A stretch of DNA of 64,000 nt. Origin: Dehalococcoidia bacterium (GTDB lineage Bacteria; Chloroflexota; Dehalococcoidia; Lucifugimonadales; UBA3495). This document shows, piece after piece, positions 26,050 to 35,402 of the stretch (position 1 is its first letter; each line of letters begins with the position of its first letter). The notes under the pieces were generated by a model that saw nothing but the letters and a program-made list of their open reading frames with translations, was not told the DNA's origin and ran no database searches. The stretch spans positions 1,867,547-1,931,546 of the forward strand of contig OY762444.1 in NCBI GenBank assembly GCA_963665735.1, given 5' to 3'. The translations under genes and the position numbers were made by a program.

Positions 26050-27078
26050 TTAGAAGTTGGAGATTAAGTCCTGGTAGCGGGTTTGCCATTGGTGGGCCAG
26101 GGCGATTTCGTGTTGGCGGTTCTGGTAGCCGTCGGAGTCGTCGGCGGGGTTGTTGTCGCGATACCAGTTGACGGTGGCGGGCAGCCATTCTTCCACCGGG
26201 GTGGCGACGATGCCGATGTCGCGCTGGGCTTTGGCAAGGTCGTGGACGTTGAACAAGGGACGGGTCAGGGGCGGAAGGTAGCCGGCCAAGTCGGGTTGCC
26301 GGTCAATTACCGGACGGGGAACGTAAACGATGTTTCGGGAAGTTCCGGCGGCGTTCCAGAGTAAACTCGTCCAGCGTTCCACGGTCATTATTTCGGGCAT
26401 ACCGATGAAATAGGTCTGGCCGAGAGTGTGGGGCGCGTCCAGGACGCGGAGGAAGTTGGCTGCGGCGTCGGCGGAGTAGAAGGTGCGAAAGGCCCCCTGC
26501 AATTCGGCGGGAACGATGACCGGGCCACCGTCCAGGGCGCGCTGCGTCCACCACCACATCCGGCCCGTGGGGTCTTCCGGCCCCATGACGGCGGGGATGC
26601 GGATGATGGTGTAGGGAATGCCGCCGCCGTTTTCCAACAGCCATTTTTCGCAGTGCCGCTTGCCCACGGCGTAGGGGTCTTCGTTGGGCGGGTAGTCGTA
26701 TTCCAGGTTGTCCCAATTGACCGCGTTTTCGTCGTAGGGACAGTGACGGGAAAAGTCAACGTGGCCTTCGAGGTAAACGGAGCTGGTGCTGATGAGCAGG
26801 TAGCGGCCTACATTGCCGGTGAAGGCTTGCACTGCCGCCTGTACGTCTCCCCAACGGTAAGCCTGGGTATCCACCACGGCATCGAAGGTCAAGCCTTGCA
26901 GCTTGGCGACGAAGTCGGCGTAGTCGTTGCGGTCGCCGGCGATGTGGTCAACTCGTTCCCACCAGTGGGGCCGAGTGGAGCCGCGGGAAAAGACGGTAAC
27001 GCGGTCGCCCCGTTCCAGCAGGTTTTCCACCATGAGCTTGCCCATGTAGCCGGTGCCGCCGATGACGAGGATGTTCAC
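26050..27078 (-). CDS. NAD-dependent epimerase/dehydratase family (extended SDR) protein
   Basis: ORF 26050..27129 trimmed to GTG 27078, which is preceded by AGGAGG. The product starts VNILVIGGTGYMGKLMVENLLERGDRVTVFSRG (GxxGxxG Rossmann motif). Confidence 0.8.
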   Translation of the reverse strand: MNILVIGGTGYMGKLMVENLLERGDRVTVFSRGSTRPHWWERVDHIAGDRNDYADFVAKLQGLTFDAVVDTQAYRWGDVQAAVQAFTGNVGRYLLISTSSVYLEGHVDFSRHCPYDENAVNWDNLEYDYPPNEDPYAVGKRHCEKWLLENGGGIPYTIIRIPAVMGPEDPTGRMWWWTQRALDGGPVIVPAELQGAFRTFYSADAAANFLRVLDAPHTLGQTYFIGMPEIMTVERWTSLLWNAAGTSRNIVYVPRPVIDRQPDLAGYLPPLTRPLFNVHDLAKAQRDIGIVATPVEEWLPATVNWYRDNNPADDSDGYQNRQHEIALAHQWQTRYQDLISNF

Positions 27079-27226
27079 GGGGGGGCCTCCTGTTAAATGC
27101 CGGAGTTGTTGGAGCCGGTGGGTAGGCAATCGCCGGGGTTTTCACCCCTACCCTAACCCTCCCCCTCGTAGGGGGAGGGGATTTAGTCTAAGCCTTGAAT
27201 GTTGCTGCCCTGAGCCGGCGGGTAGA

Positions 27227-28003
27227 TTAGCGGGCGGTCCAGCCGCCGTCCACGATTAGCAGGTGGCCGGTGGTGGCGGCGGCGGAAGGGCTGGCCAGAT
27301 ATACGGTTGCGCCTACCAACTCTTCCGGGGACATCCGGCGGCCCAAGGGCATATTGGCGGCCAGGTCGGCGGCGAGTTCGTCGGCGTCTCGGGTGTCGGC
27401 CTCGACCAGTCCGGGGGTTTCCGTCGGGCCGGGGCCAATGGCGTTGACGGTTATGCCGTGCTGCGCCCATTCCAGGGCCAAGACCTGGGTAAGACTGGCC
27501 AGCCCGCCCTTGCTGGCGCAGTAGGCAGCCCGGTTCAGGCCGGCAACCACCGCCAGCTGGGAGGATATGTTGATAATCCGGCCCCCGCCCTGGGCAATCA
27601 TCAGGGGAGCGGCGGCCTGGGCGCAGAAAAAGGCCCCCTTGAGGTTGGTGTCAATTACCGCGTCCCAATCGGATTCGGTGACTTCCAGGGCGGGACTGCG
27701 GCGACGGATGCCGGCGTTGTTGACCAGGATGTCCAGTCCGCCGAAGTCGGCAGCCACCTGGGGGATGACGGCGCGGATTTGGGTCAAGTCGAGAACGTCC
27801 AGCTCATAGACGCGGGAGGAACGGCCCAATTCGTGGATTTGCGCCGTCACATTTTCGGCCAAGGACAGGTTGGCGGGAATGTCGGAAACGGCAACGTCGG
27901 CGCCGGCCTGGGCCAGCCCCACGGCCAAGGCCGCGCCGATGCCGCGGGCGGAGCCGGTGACCAGGGCCGTTTTGCCGTCAAGACTGAGGCCGGGGTAGGG
28001 CAT
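27227..28003 (-). CDS. Short-chain dehydrogenase/reductase (FabG/KduD-like)
   Basis: ORF trimmed to ATG 28003 (MPYPGLSLDGKTALVTGSARGIGAALAVGL). It has the TGxxxGIG motif and the YxxxK motif (AAYCASKGG). Its start overlaps the acylase stop (TAATG). Confidence 0.85.
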   Translation of the reverse strand: MPYPGLSLDGKTALVTGSARGIGAALAVGLAQAGADVAVSDIPANLSLAENVTAQIHELGRSSRVYELDVLDLTQIRAVIPQVAADFGGLDILVNNAGIRRRSPALEVTESDWDAVIDTNLKGAFFCAQAAAPLMIAQGGGRIINISSQLAVVAGLNRAAYCASKGGLASLTQVLALEWAQHGITVNAIGPGPTETPGLVEADTRDADELAADLAANMPLGRRMSPEELVGATVYLASPSAAATTGHLLIVDGGWTAR

Positions 28004-30441
28004 TAGGATGGTCCTTTCTCCGGCGGGGCGGGCAGCAGTTGTTGGCGGGTTTCGTGTTGGGCGGCGATTTGGTTCCAATCGTAGAGCATCGGGGCCATGT
28101 TTATCTGTCGCCACATTTCCGACTGGTCGGCGTAGTGGGGATGGCCGGGATGCCCGGACGCTCCCAAGGGAACCGCCCAAAGGCTGTTGTTCCAGTCGGA
28201 CAGGTCATAGGAATAGCGGACTACGGAAACCCCGACTACATCGGCGAACTGGGCTGGAGAGTAGGCGCCGGCCAAGGGTGTTTCGCCGTCACCGCTCATG
28301 GGGATGGCCGGCGGGTTCAGCAGGTGCGCCAGCGACGGAAAGGCGGCGGACAGGGTATGGGTTGGACGGGCTTGGTGGACTTGTCCCCAAGTCCAGCCGT
28401 CCGGGTCATCGCCCAACCGCCCTTGCAGGGAGGCGACGGCCTGGTTGAAAGCCGCCGCCAACAAGGACTGCCAGGACTCGCCGGGAGGCAACAGCGTACA
28501 GTCGTTTTCGGCCATCATGGTGTCCATCAGGTTCTTGAAACGTATGAGGAACACGGCTTGACCCCGGCCGGCCGGGTCCCAAGCCAGGGCGGTCAACCGG
28601 GGGCCAAGGTTGTAGTCCAGGAGGCGTTTCAACAGGGCGTCACGGGTGGCGCTGTAAATGGTGGGCGCAACCAGGGCGGCGTCCATGTTGCCGGGCCAGT
28701 CCAGCAGCATTTCCTTGGCCTTGGCTTGCAGCGGCTCCGACACATCCACGCCGCGGAGCAGTTCTACCAAGCGGCGGGCCGGAATGGACGTGCTTTCGGC
28801 GTGGACGCGGGCCATGTCCCCGGCGGTGGGCTTGTCCAGGGACAACAGGGATTGGGTGACGCGCTGCACCCGGTAGGCGGGGGCGAAATCAACGCCAATG
28901 TGGTAGGGGTAATCGTCGCCCACGGGCTTGTTGTTGGCGGTGGCAATCCAGCCTTGGGACGGGTTGAGTGCGTAGGGCATTTCGTCAAAGGGAATGACGC
29001 CGTGCCATTCATGGTTGCCGTCCCAGCCGGGAACGGGCAGCCAGGCGTTTTCCGGCGGACGCATCGGCAGTTCGCCGCGGCAGAGGTAGCCGATGCTGCC
29101 GTGAACGTCGGCAAAGAGGAAGTTGTTGCAGGGGTCAACCCAACCGCGCATGGACTCCCGCAGTTGGGCGGCGTCTTGGGCGGTCAGCATTTCCCGCAGA
29201 GTTGCCGGCCAAGCGCCGGCCGCCGGTTGGCCGTGGGCGGTGGATTCCCGCTTTCGCGGGAATGACGTTGGCAACTGTCCGCCGGCCACGGGCGACTGAA
29301 TAGCGGTGTAGCGCAGGGCCAGCCCGGCGCCGGATTCGGGGCCGCCGGCGATTACCGGGCCGTGATGGGTGGCCCAGGTGGTGAAACTGCGGTCAGGGCC
29401 GCCCTTGACCTTGACGGTTTCTTGGCGAGCGTCGGCGCGTCGCCATTGGTTTTGCCACAGGTAATAACCGGGGGTGGATTCCTGGAACCTTTCTATATAA
29501 AGGTCTTGGTAGTCGGCGGCGGTGTGGGTCACGCACCAGGCCACCCAGGGGTTATGGCCGAAATGGGGAAAACCGGGCAACCCCGGAAAGGAAAGGCCCA
29601 CCACGTCAAACGCGGGACAAGCGACGTGGTTCTGGTAATAGACGTTGGGAGTGTCCAGGGCGCGGTGGGAATCGCCGGCCAGGATGGGGCCGCCGGTGGC
29701 CGTGCGGCTGCCGGATAGCACCCAACTGTTGCTGCCCAAGTCCTGCTCGTTCAGGTAGTTAAGGGCGGAAAGGCCGGCGGTCAACTCTGCCAGCCCGGTT
29801 GCCAGCGGGCCGTCGTAAGGCTGGCCGGGGGGCAGAATCAACGGCTGACCGGGCTGGTAGCCGGGGAAGACCTGGGCGGTCTTTTCCGGCCCCAACTGCA
29901 AGACCATCTGGGCGCGGAGGACTTTGGCCTCGAAGGAACCCATGAAGGCGTGGCGGACTTTGTAAACCGCCAGCCCGTCCCAAGGCTGCCACGGTTCGGG
30001 GAGGAATCCGGCGATGCGGAACTCTACGGGCAAGGAATCGGGGGAGTTGGAGTCAATGAAGGCGTTGACCCCGGCGGCGTAGCTGTCCAGCATGGCGCGG
30101 GCGTCGTGGTCAACGGCGGCATAGTCGGCGCGGGCGCTGTCCTCCAAGCGGAAACGGCGCATCAACTCATCCTGGGCGGCGGCGGACTCCCCGACAACCT
30201 CAGCCCACCGACCCACGGCCCGGCGGCGGTCAAATTCCATCTGCCAAAGCCGGTCCTGGGCGGTGACAAAACCCTGGGCAAAGAAGGCGTCATTTTCGTT
30301 GGCGGCGCGGATATGGGGAATGCCCAGGGAGTCGCGGTAAACGTCCACCGGGCCGGACAGCCCCGGCAGTTGCAGGGAGCCGGTGACGTTGGGCCAGCCG
30401 CGGCGCAGGTCTTCCGGCGTCAATTGTTGGGCGGGTGGCAC
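28003..30441 (-). CDS. Penicillin acylase family (Ntn hydrolase; penicillin/AHL-acylase-like)
   Basis: 812 aa. GSNSWVLSGSRTATGGPILAGDSH carries the nucleophile Ser at the alpha/beta processing site. It also contains an in-frame family-2 repeat (see 29241..29267). Confidence 0.85.
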   Translation of the reverse strand: MPPAQQLTPEDLRRGWPNVTGSLQLPGLSGPVDVYRDSLGIPHIRAANENDAFFAQGFVTAQDRLWQMEFDRRRAVGRWAEVVGESAAAQDELMRRFRLEDSARADYAAVDHDARAMLDSYAAGVNAFIDSNSPDSLPVEFRIAGFLPEPWQPWDGLAVYKVRHAFMGSFEAKVLRAQMVLQLGPEKTAQVFPGYQPGQPLILPPGQPYDGPLATGLAELTAGLSALNYLNEQDLGSNSWVLSGSRTATGGPILAGDSHRALDTPNVYYQNHVACPAFDVVGLSFPGLPGFPHFGHNPWVAWCVTHTAADYQDLYIERFQESTPGYYLWQNQWRRADARQETVKVKGGPDRSFTTWATHHGPVIAGGPESGAGLALRYTAIQSPVAGGQLPTSFPRKRESTAHGQPAAGAWPATLREMLTAQDAAQLRESMRGWVDPCNNFLFADVHGSIGYLCRGELPMRPPENAWLPVPGWDGNHEWHGVIPFDEMPYALNPSQGWIATANNKPVGDDYPYHIGVDFAPAYRVQRVTQSLLSLDKPTAGDMARVHAESTSIPARRLVELLRGVDVSEPLQAKAKEMLLDWPGNMDAALVAPTIYSATRDALLKRLLDYNLGPRLTALAWDPAGRGQAVFLIRFKNLMDTMMAENDCTLLPPGESWQSLLAAAFNQAVASLQGRLGDDPDGWTWGQVHQARPTHTLSAAFPSLAHLLNPPAIPMSGDGETPLAGAYSPAQFADVVGVSVVRYSYDLSDWNNSLWAVPLGASGHPGHPHYADQSEMWRQINMAPMLYDWNQIAAQHETRQQLLPAPPEKGPS
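29241..29267. repeat. Family-2 hairpin repeat inside the acylase CDS
   Basis: TGGATTCCCGCTTTCGCGGGAATGACG is translated in frame as ...LPTSFPRKRESTAHG... Confidence 0.85.
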
Positions 30442-30477
30442 GGTGATTCAACTGCCTTTCTTAATTCCGTCGGGAGA

Positions 30478-30705
30478 GGGACGACCCCCACCCCAACCCT
30501 CCCCCTGAATAGGGGGAGGGGGCCGAATGCAAGGTTTGATACTCTTCCACCTGACAGTCTGTCTTTTGTGTCAACATCGCTCGAGCCAGCCGTCTGTGCG
30601 GTTCACCGGGTAGGGGCGCACGGCCGTGCGCCCCTACGTCGCAATTTTCCAGCCCTGAATAAGGTATGAGAGCTTTTTGGATTCCGGCTTTCGCGGGAAT
30701 GACGA
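30478..30705. repeat. Intergenic repeat mosaic (family 1; family 4 palindrome 30610..30637; family 2 at 30680..30705)
   Basis: Direct reading. Confidence 0.8.
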
Positions 30706-30731
30706 TGGTTGCGGTGGTGGGCATGGCGGGA

Positions 30732-31895
30732 TCAGAAAGCACCTTGAGGGTCAAGGCCCAGGTAGTACTGGCCGGCGGTGTCGTAATGGCCGTAGCTGCC
30801 CTGGGTGTGCTGGGTGATGACGTGCATATCCTGAAAGCGGCGCTGGATGGGGTTGGCGGCGAAGATGGCGCCGGAGCCGCAGAGGTTGTAGGCGGTTTCC
30901 ACCACCTGCGCGGCCATGCGGATGGCGTGGGTGGCGGCCAGCCGCAGGGCAATGCGGTTGTCGGAGGGCGAGGCCGGGTTGTGAACCACGTCGTCCCAAA
31001 CAACGTCGGCGGAATGGTCGAGGAAGGACTTGGCGGAGCGCCAGGTAGCCTCGGCCTGGCCGATGAGCCGGTGGGTGGTCTGCTGGTTCTGGAGCAGGGT
31101 TGCGCCCTGCCGGGGGATGCGCCGGGAGGAAGTTTCGATGGCGATGTCCAGGCTTTTGCGGGCCACTTCCAGGGCCACGGTGGCGAAACCCGTCCCAAAT
31201 AGCAGGGTAGTGGGAATCTTGTAGAGCGGCCCCTCTTCCGCCGGCGGGCTGCCCGGCTGGTAGGAACGGGCGGCGGGAACGAAAAGGTCTTCCACCTCGA
31301 AACTGAAACTGCCGGTGCCCCGCAAGCCGTGGACGTGCCACAAGTCCAGCATCCGCACGTCTTCCTTGGGCATCAGCAGGATGCGGGCGCCGGCCCGATT
31401 CACCGAGGCGTCCTGTTTCTGTTCGGGGGTTCCCACCGGGGCCAGAGCCGCTATCCAGGTGGCATGGTCGCTGCCGCTGCTGAAATTCCAGCGTCCACTA
31501 AGGCGGTATCCACCATCCACGGGAACGGCTTTGGCGGCGGAAGTTGGCGGGCCGTTGGTCACTACGGCGCGCGGTTCGCCCCAGATTTCCCGGGCGGTCT
31601 GCTCCGGCATACGGACGGCGTTGGTGGAAAAGACGTTGTTCTGGTTGAGGCACCAGGCAACGCTGGCGTCCTCGCGGGCGAAGATTCGCAGGATGCGGCG
31701 AAAGTCGGGATGGGGCAGTTCGGCGCCGCCAAAGGAACGGGGCAGCAGCAGCCGGAAGAACCCTTCGTCAGCCATTTCTGCCGCCAACTCCGGGGGCATC
31801 TGTCGGTCTTCGTCAATCTGGTCGGCGTTGGCGGCCACCTGCTGGGCCAGGGGCAGGGCCTTTTCCAGGTAGCTTTCGATTGCGTAAGTTGCCAT
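30732..31895 (-). CDS. Acyl-CoA dehydrogenase-fold flavoprotein (group D monooxygenase/ACAD-like)
   Basis: ORF trimmed to ATG 31895. The product reads MATYAIESYLEKALPLAQQVAANADQIDEDRQMPPELAAEMADEGFFRLLLPRSFGGAE, a typical ACAD-family N-terminus. Confidence 0.75.
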   Translation of the reverse strand: MATYAIESYLEKALPLAQQVAANADQIDEDRQMPPELAAEMADEGFFRLLLPRSFGGAELPHPDFRRILRIFAREDASVAWCLNQNNVFSTNAVRMPEQTAREIWGEPRAVVTNGPPTSAAKAVPVDGGYRLSGRWNFSSGSDHATWIAALAPVGTPEQKQDASVNRAGARILLMPKEDVRMLDLWHVHGLRGTGSFSFEVEDLFVPAARSYQPGSPPAEEGPLYKIPTTLLFGTGFATVALEVARKSLDIAIETSSRRIPRQGATLLQNQQTTHRLIGQAEATWRSAKSFLDHSADVVWDDVVHNPASPSDNRIALRLAATHAIRMAAQVVETAYNLCGSGAIFAANPIQRRFQDMHVITQHTQGSYGHYDTAGQYYLGLDPQGAF

Positions 31896-32070
31896 AGGCG
31901 GTACGGTTTCCATTCCTGGTTGATTTTTTGGGGCGGTTGATTGGCACGTCCAACGGGGAAAGGGACGGCGGTTATTATCGGGCGGAAGGGTGGCAGTGTC
32001 AAAGCGGGAAAGTCAATGTCCCAACTATGGGGGGTGGTTCAGCACTGGAATACATTCCTCTGAGGTGAAG

Positions 32071-32592
32071 TTCACCCCCATCCTAACCTTCCCCCGTCAA
32101 GGGGGAAGGGACTATTGAAATATCTCCCAATGCCATTCCTACCGACTTTGCAATCGTACTAGTTAAAGCGGGGGCATTTTCTTGATACAGGGATGTTATT
32201 CTGAGCGGAGCGGAGAATCCAAAATTCTTGGTTTGGCCAAGGTCGCCCTGCTTGGAGGATTTTAGACCCTTCACTTCGTTCAGGGTGACATGGGGGGCGT
32301 TCAGGGTGACATGAAAGGGCGAGGATGTGGATTCCCGCTTTCGCGGGAATGACGGTTGGCGGTGGGGAATGACGGTGGGTGGTCGGGAATGACGGTTGGC
32401 GGTCGGGAATGACAGTTGGCGGCGGGCGAATGATTTGCAAACCGGGGCAAGGTTGTTCATCATTGGGGCGCGGTTTGCCATGTCCTTACAATTGCAAGGG
32501 TAGGCTAAGGGCCGGGAGTTGGATTCCCGCTTTCGCGGGAATGACGGTAGGGGGCCGGGAATGATTTTTCACCCAGGGTAGGGAATGACGGT
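32071..32592. repeat. Intergenic repeat mosaic including a 20-nt tandem array x5 (32341..32440) of GGGAATGAC half-elements
   Basis: The units tcgcgggaatgacggttggc / ggtggggaatgacggtgggt / ggtcgggaatgacggttggc / ggtcgggaatgacagttggc / ggcgggcgaatgatttgcaa sit in perfect 20-nt register. Families 1, 2 and 5 flank the array. Confidence 0.85.
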
Positions 32593-32625
32593 ATAGGACG
32601 GGTAGAAAAGGCGAAAGGGGGCGTT

Positions 32626-33498
32626 ATGTTTGAGGGGTTTGAGAAACGGTTGGTGGAAACGGGCGGCGCGGCGGTTAACCTGGTCATGGGGGGCAGCGGC
32701 CCGCCCCTGTTGCTGCTGCACGGCTACCCCCAAACCCACGTGATGTGGCACAAAATCGCGCCCCGGCTGGCGGAGGATTTTACCGTGGTGGCAGCCGATT
32801 TGCGGGGTTACGGCGACAGCGGAAAGCCCAACCGCGACCCGGAGCATTTCAGCTATTCCAAGCGGGCGATGGCCCAAGACCAGGTTGAGGCAATGGAAAA
32901 GTTGGGTTTCGATTCCTTCCTGCTGGCCAGCCATGACCGGGGCGCGCGGGTGGCTCACCGGCTGACCAAAGACCACCCGGAAAGGGTGCGGAAACTGGCG
33001 ACGCTGGACATCATCCCCACCCGGCGGATGTTCCAAATCGTTGACAAGGACATGGCGACCAACACCTATCATTGGTTCTTCCTGATTCAGCCCTACGATT
33101 TCCCGGAGCGGGTCATCGGGGCCGACCCGGACTATTTCATCCGTTCCCGTTTCATGCGGGTGGACAACGCCGAGACGGTCTTTCCCGCCGACGCCGTTGA
33201 GGAATACGTGCGCTGTTTCAGCAACCCGGCGGCGATTCATGGGGCTTGCGAGGACTACCGAGCGGGAGCCAGCATTGACCTGGTACACGATGAGGCAGAT
33301 TTCGAGCAGAAGATAACCTGTCCCCACCTGGCCCTGTGGAGCGAAACGGGCTACGTGGGCCGCACCCAGGACGTGCTGGGGGTATGGCGAGACTATTCCA
33401 GCAAGGTTGACGGGCAATCGCTGCCCTGCGGCCATTACATCGCTGAGGAAATGCCGGAGGAGAGCTACGCGCTGCTGAAGGAATTTTTGTCGGATTAG
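32626..33498 (+). CDS. Alpha/beta hydrolase, haloacetate (fluoroacetate) dehalogenase-like
   Basis: MFEGFEKRLVETGGAAVNLVMGGSGPPLLLLHGYPQTHVMWHKIAPRLAEDFTVVAADLRGYGDSGKP. Also ASHDRGARVAHR (nucleophile Asp plus R-x-x-R), YHWFF and CEDYRAG. It is close to my memory of characterised fluoroacetate dehalogenases. Confidence 0.7.
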   Translation: MFEGFEKRLVETGGAAVNLVMGGSGPPLLLLHGYPQTHVMWHKIAPRLAEDFTVVAADLRGYGDSGKPNRDPEHFSYSKRAMAQDQVEAMEKLGFDSFLLASHDRGARVAHRLTKDHPERVRKLATLDIIPTRRMFQIVDKDMATNTYHWFFLIQPYDFPERVIGADPDYFIRSRFMRVDNAETVFPADAVEEYVRCFSNPAAIHGACEDYRAGASIDLVHDEADFEQKITCPHLALWSETGYVGRTQDVLGVWRDYSSKVDGQSLPCGHYIAEEMPEESYALLKEFLSD

Positions 33499-33702
33499 GG
33501 GATACCACCCCCACCCCTTCGACTACGCTCAGGGCAGGCTCTAACCCTCCCCCTCGTAGGGGGAGGGGATTTGCCGCACACCTTAATGCGTGTCGGCAAA
33601 TTAAGGATGGAGGCGTCCAGAAGGGCAGGGCAACCACAAGGGTTGCCCCTACGGGGATTTGACCACACCCAACAAGCCCGGCACACATAAACGGGAGGGG
33701 CT

Positions 33703-35058
33703 ATGGCCGGAAATTACCTGGACTTGCTGGCGGAGTTCGTTGTCAACACCAGACTGGAATACCTGTCGCCCGGCGCGGTCAACGCCGCCAGGAACGTGGT
33801 GCTGGACACGGTGGGGGCAATCATCGCCGGCAGCCGCCAGCCGGAAAACGCCAAGTTTGCCCAACTGGTCAAGACCATGAGCGGGCCGGGGCGGGCGACG
33901 CTGGTGGGCCATCGGGGTACGGTGCAGCCGGTGTTTGCCGCCCTGGTCAACGCCACGGCGGGGGTGGCCCTGGAAATGGACGAAGGCAGCCGGCTGGGGG
34001 GCGGCCATCCGTCCATCCACGTCACCCCCGGCGCGCTGGCGGTGGCGGAGGAATTGGGCCGCAACGGTAAGGAAACGCTGGAAAGCGTCATCGTCGGGTA
34101 TGAGGTCATTTCGCGGATTGGAACCGGCACCACGCCCCGGCGGGAAGTCCACTCCCACGGCACTTGGGGAACCATCGGCGCGGCGGCGGCAACGGCCCGG
34201 CTGCTGGGTTTTGACGCCGGGCAGACGCGGCAGGCCATGAACCTGGCAATGTCCATGAGTCCGGCCAACACCTGGACGCCGTGCCTGGAAGGGGCAACGG
34301 TGCGGAACCTGTACCCCGGTAGGTCGGGTTTCCAGGGAATCATGGCCGCCCATTTGGGGCAGTGCGGGTTTACCGCCGTCGAGGACGGGCCGGCGGACTT
34401 GTACGATGGGCTGCTGGGTCAGGGTTTTGACCCGGCGGCGGTGGTTGACGGTCTGGGGGACGGGGGCAAGCTCCGCATTGAGCAAAACTATTTCAAGCTG
34501 CACGCCTGCTGTCTCTACAACCATCCGGCGTTGGACGCCGCCATGATTCTGCAAAAGCGGGAGGGCTTTGCGGCGTCGGATGTGGAGCGGGTGGAAGTGA
34601 CGGCGCCGCCCATCGCGCAGATAATGGCCGACCCGCAGCCGGAGAATATGCTGTCGGCCAAGTTTTCCATACCCTACGCAGTGGCGGCGGCCATCGTCAC
34701 CGGAGGCGCCGACGTTACGGCGTTTTACCCGGAACGGCTGGCGGACGCCGATACCGCGAGCCTGGCCCGGCGGGTGAAAGTGCTGGCCGATGAGGAAATG
34801 GACCTGCGGCGGTACGACTATCCGGCGGCGCGGGTCAAGGTGTTCCTGACGGGCAACCGGGTCTTGGAGGAAAGCGTCACGGCCCATTACGGCGATTCGG
34901 CCAACCCGGTGACGCGGGAAGACCTGGTTGGCAAGTTCAATTTCCTGGCCGTTGACACGCTGGGAGAGGCGGGAGCGGCCAAGGTGGTTGACACGGTTGC
35001 CAGGCTGGAAGAGTTGCCGGACATTGGGGAGTTGACGGAATTGCTGCGGGGCGGGTAG
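33703..35058 (+). CDS. MmgE/PrpD family protein (paralogue 2 of 3)
   Basis: MAGNYLDLLAEFVVNTRLEYLSPGAVNAARNVVLDTVGAIIAGS. Length 451 aa. Confidence 0.85.
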   Translation: MAGNYLDLLAEFVVNTRLEYLSPGAVNAARNVVLDTVGAIIAGSRQPENAKFAQLVKTMSGPGRATLVGHRGTVQPVFAALVNATAGVALEMDEGSRLGGGHPSIHVTPGALAVAEELGRNGKETLESVIVGYEVISRIGTGTTPRREVHSHGTWGTIGAAAATARLLGFDAGQTRQAMNLAMSMSPANTWTPCLEGATVRNLYPGRSGFQGIMAAHLGQCGFTAVEDGPADLYDGLLGQGFDPAAVVDGLGDGGKLRIEQNYFKLHACCLYNHPALDAAMILQKREGFAASDVERVEVTAPPIAQIMADPQPENMLSAKFSIPYAVAAAIVTGGADVTAFYPERLADADTASLARRVKVLADEEMDLRRYDYPAARVKVFLTGNRVLEESVTAHYGDSANPVTREDLVGKFNFLAVDTLGEAGAAKVVDTVARLEELPDIGELTELLRGG

Positions 35059-35402
35059 CCCGGCTAGTGGTTGGTGTTTGGTTGGCGTCATTCCCGATGT
35101 TGCGGGAACCTAGTCCCTTCACCCATCGAGGGTGAAGGTTAGGAAGGAGGTGATACATCCGACCCCCACCCCAGCCCTCCCCCTGCCAAGGGGAGGGGGA
35201 ATTAAATGGCCGGCGATATGACAATGGCCGTTTGTAGATTGGCGGGGGTTGGGCTAAAATCGGGGCGGTGTTGCGTTTGCCCTGTTGCGGCGGCTGGTTG
35301 ATTCCCGTTCTCGCGGGAATTAGGGACGGCACGGACAGGAATGTCCATGTCACCCATGCAGGAACGTCCATGCCACCTTTGGGATGAAAAGGAGCGGTTC
35401 TT

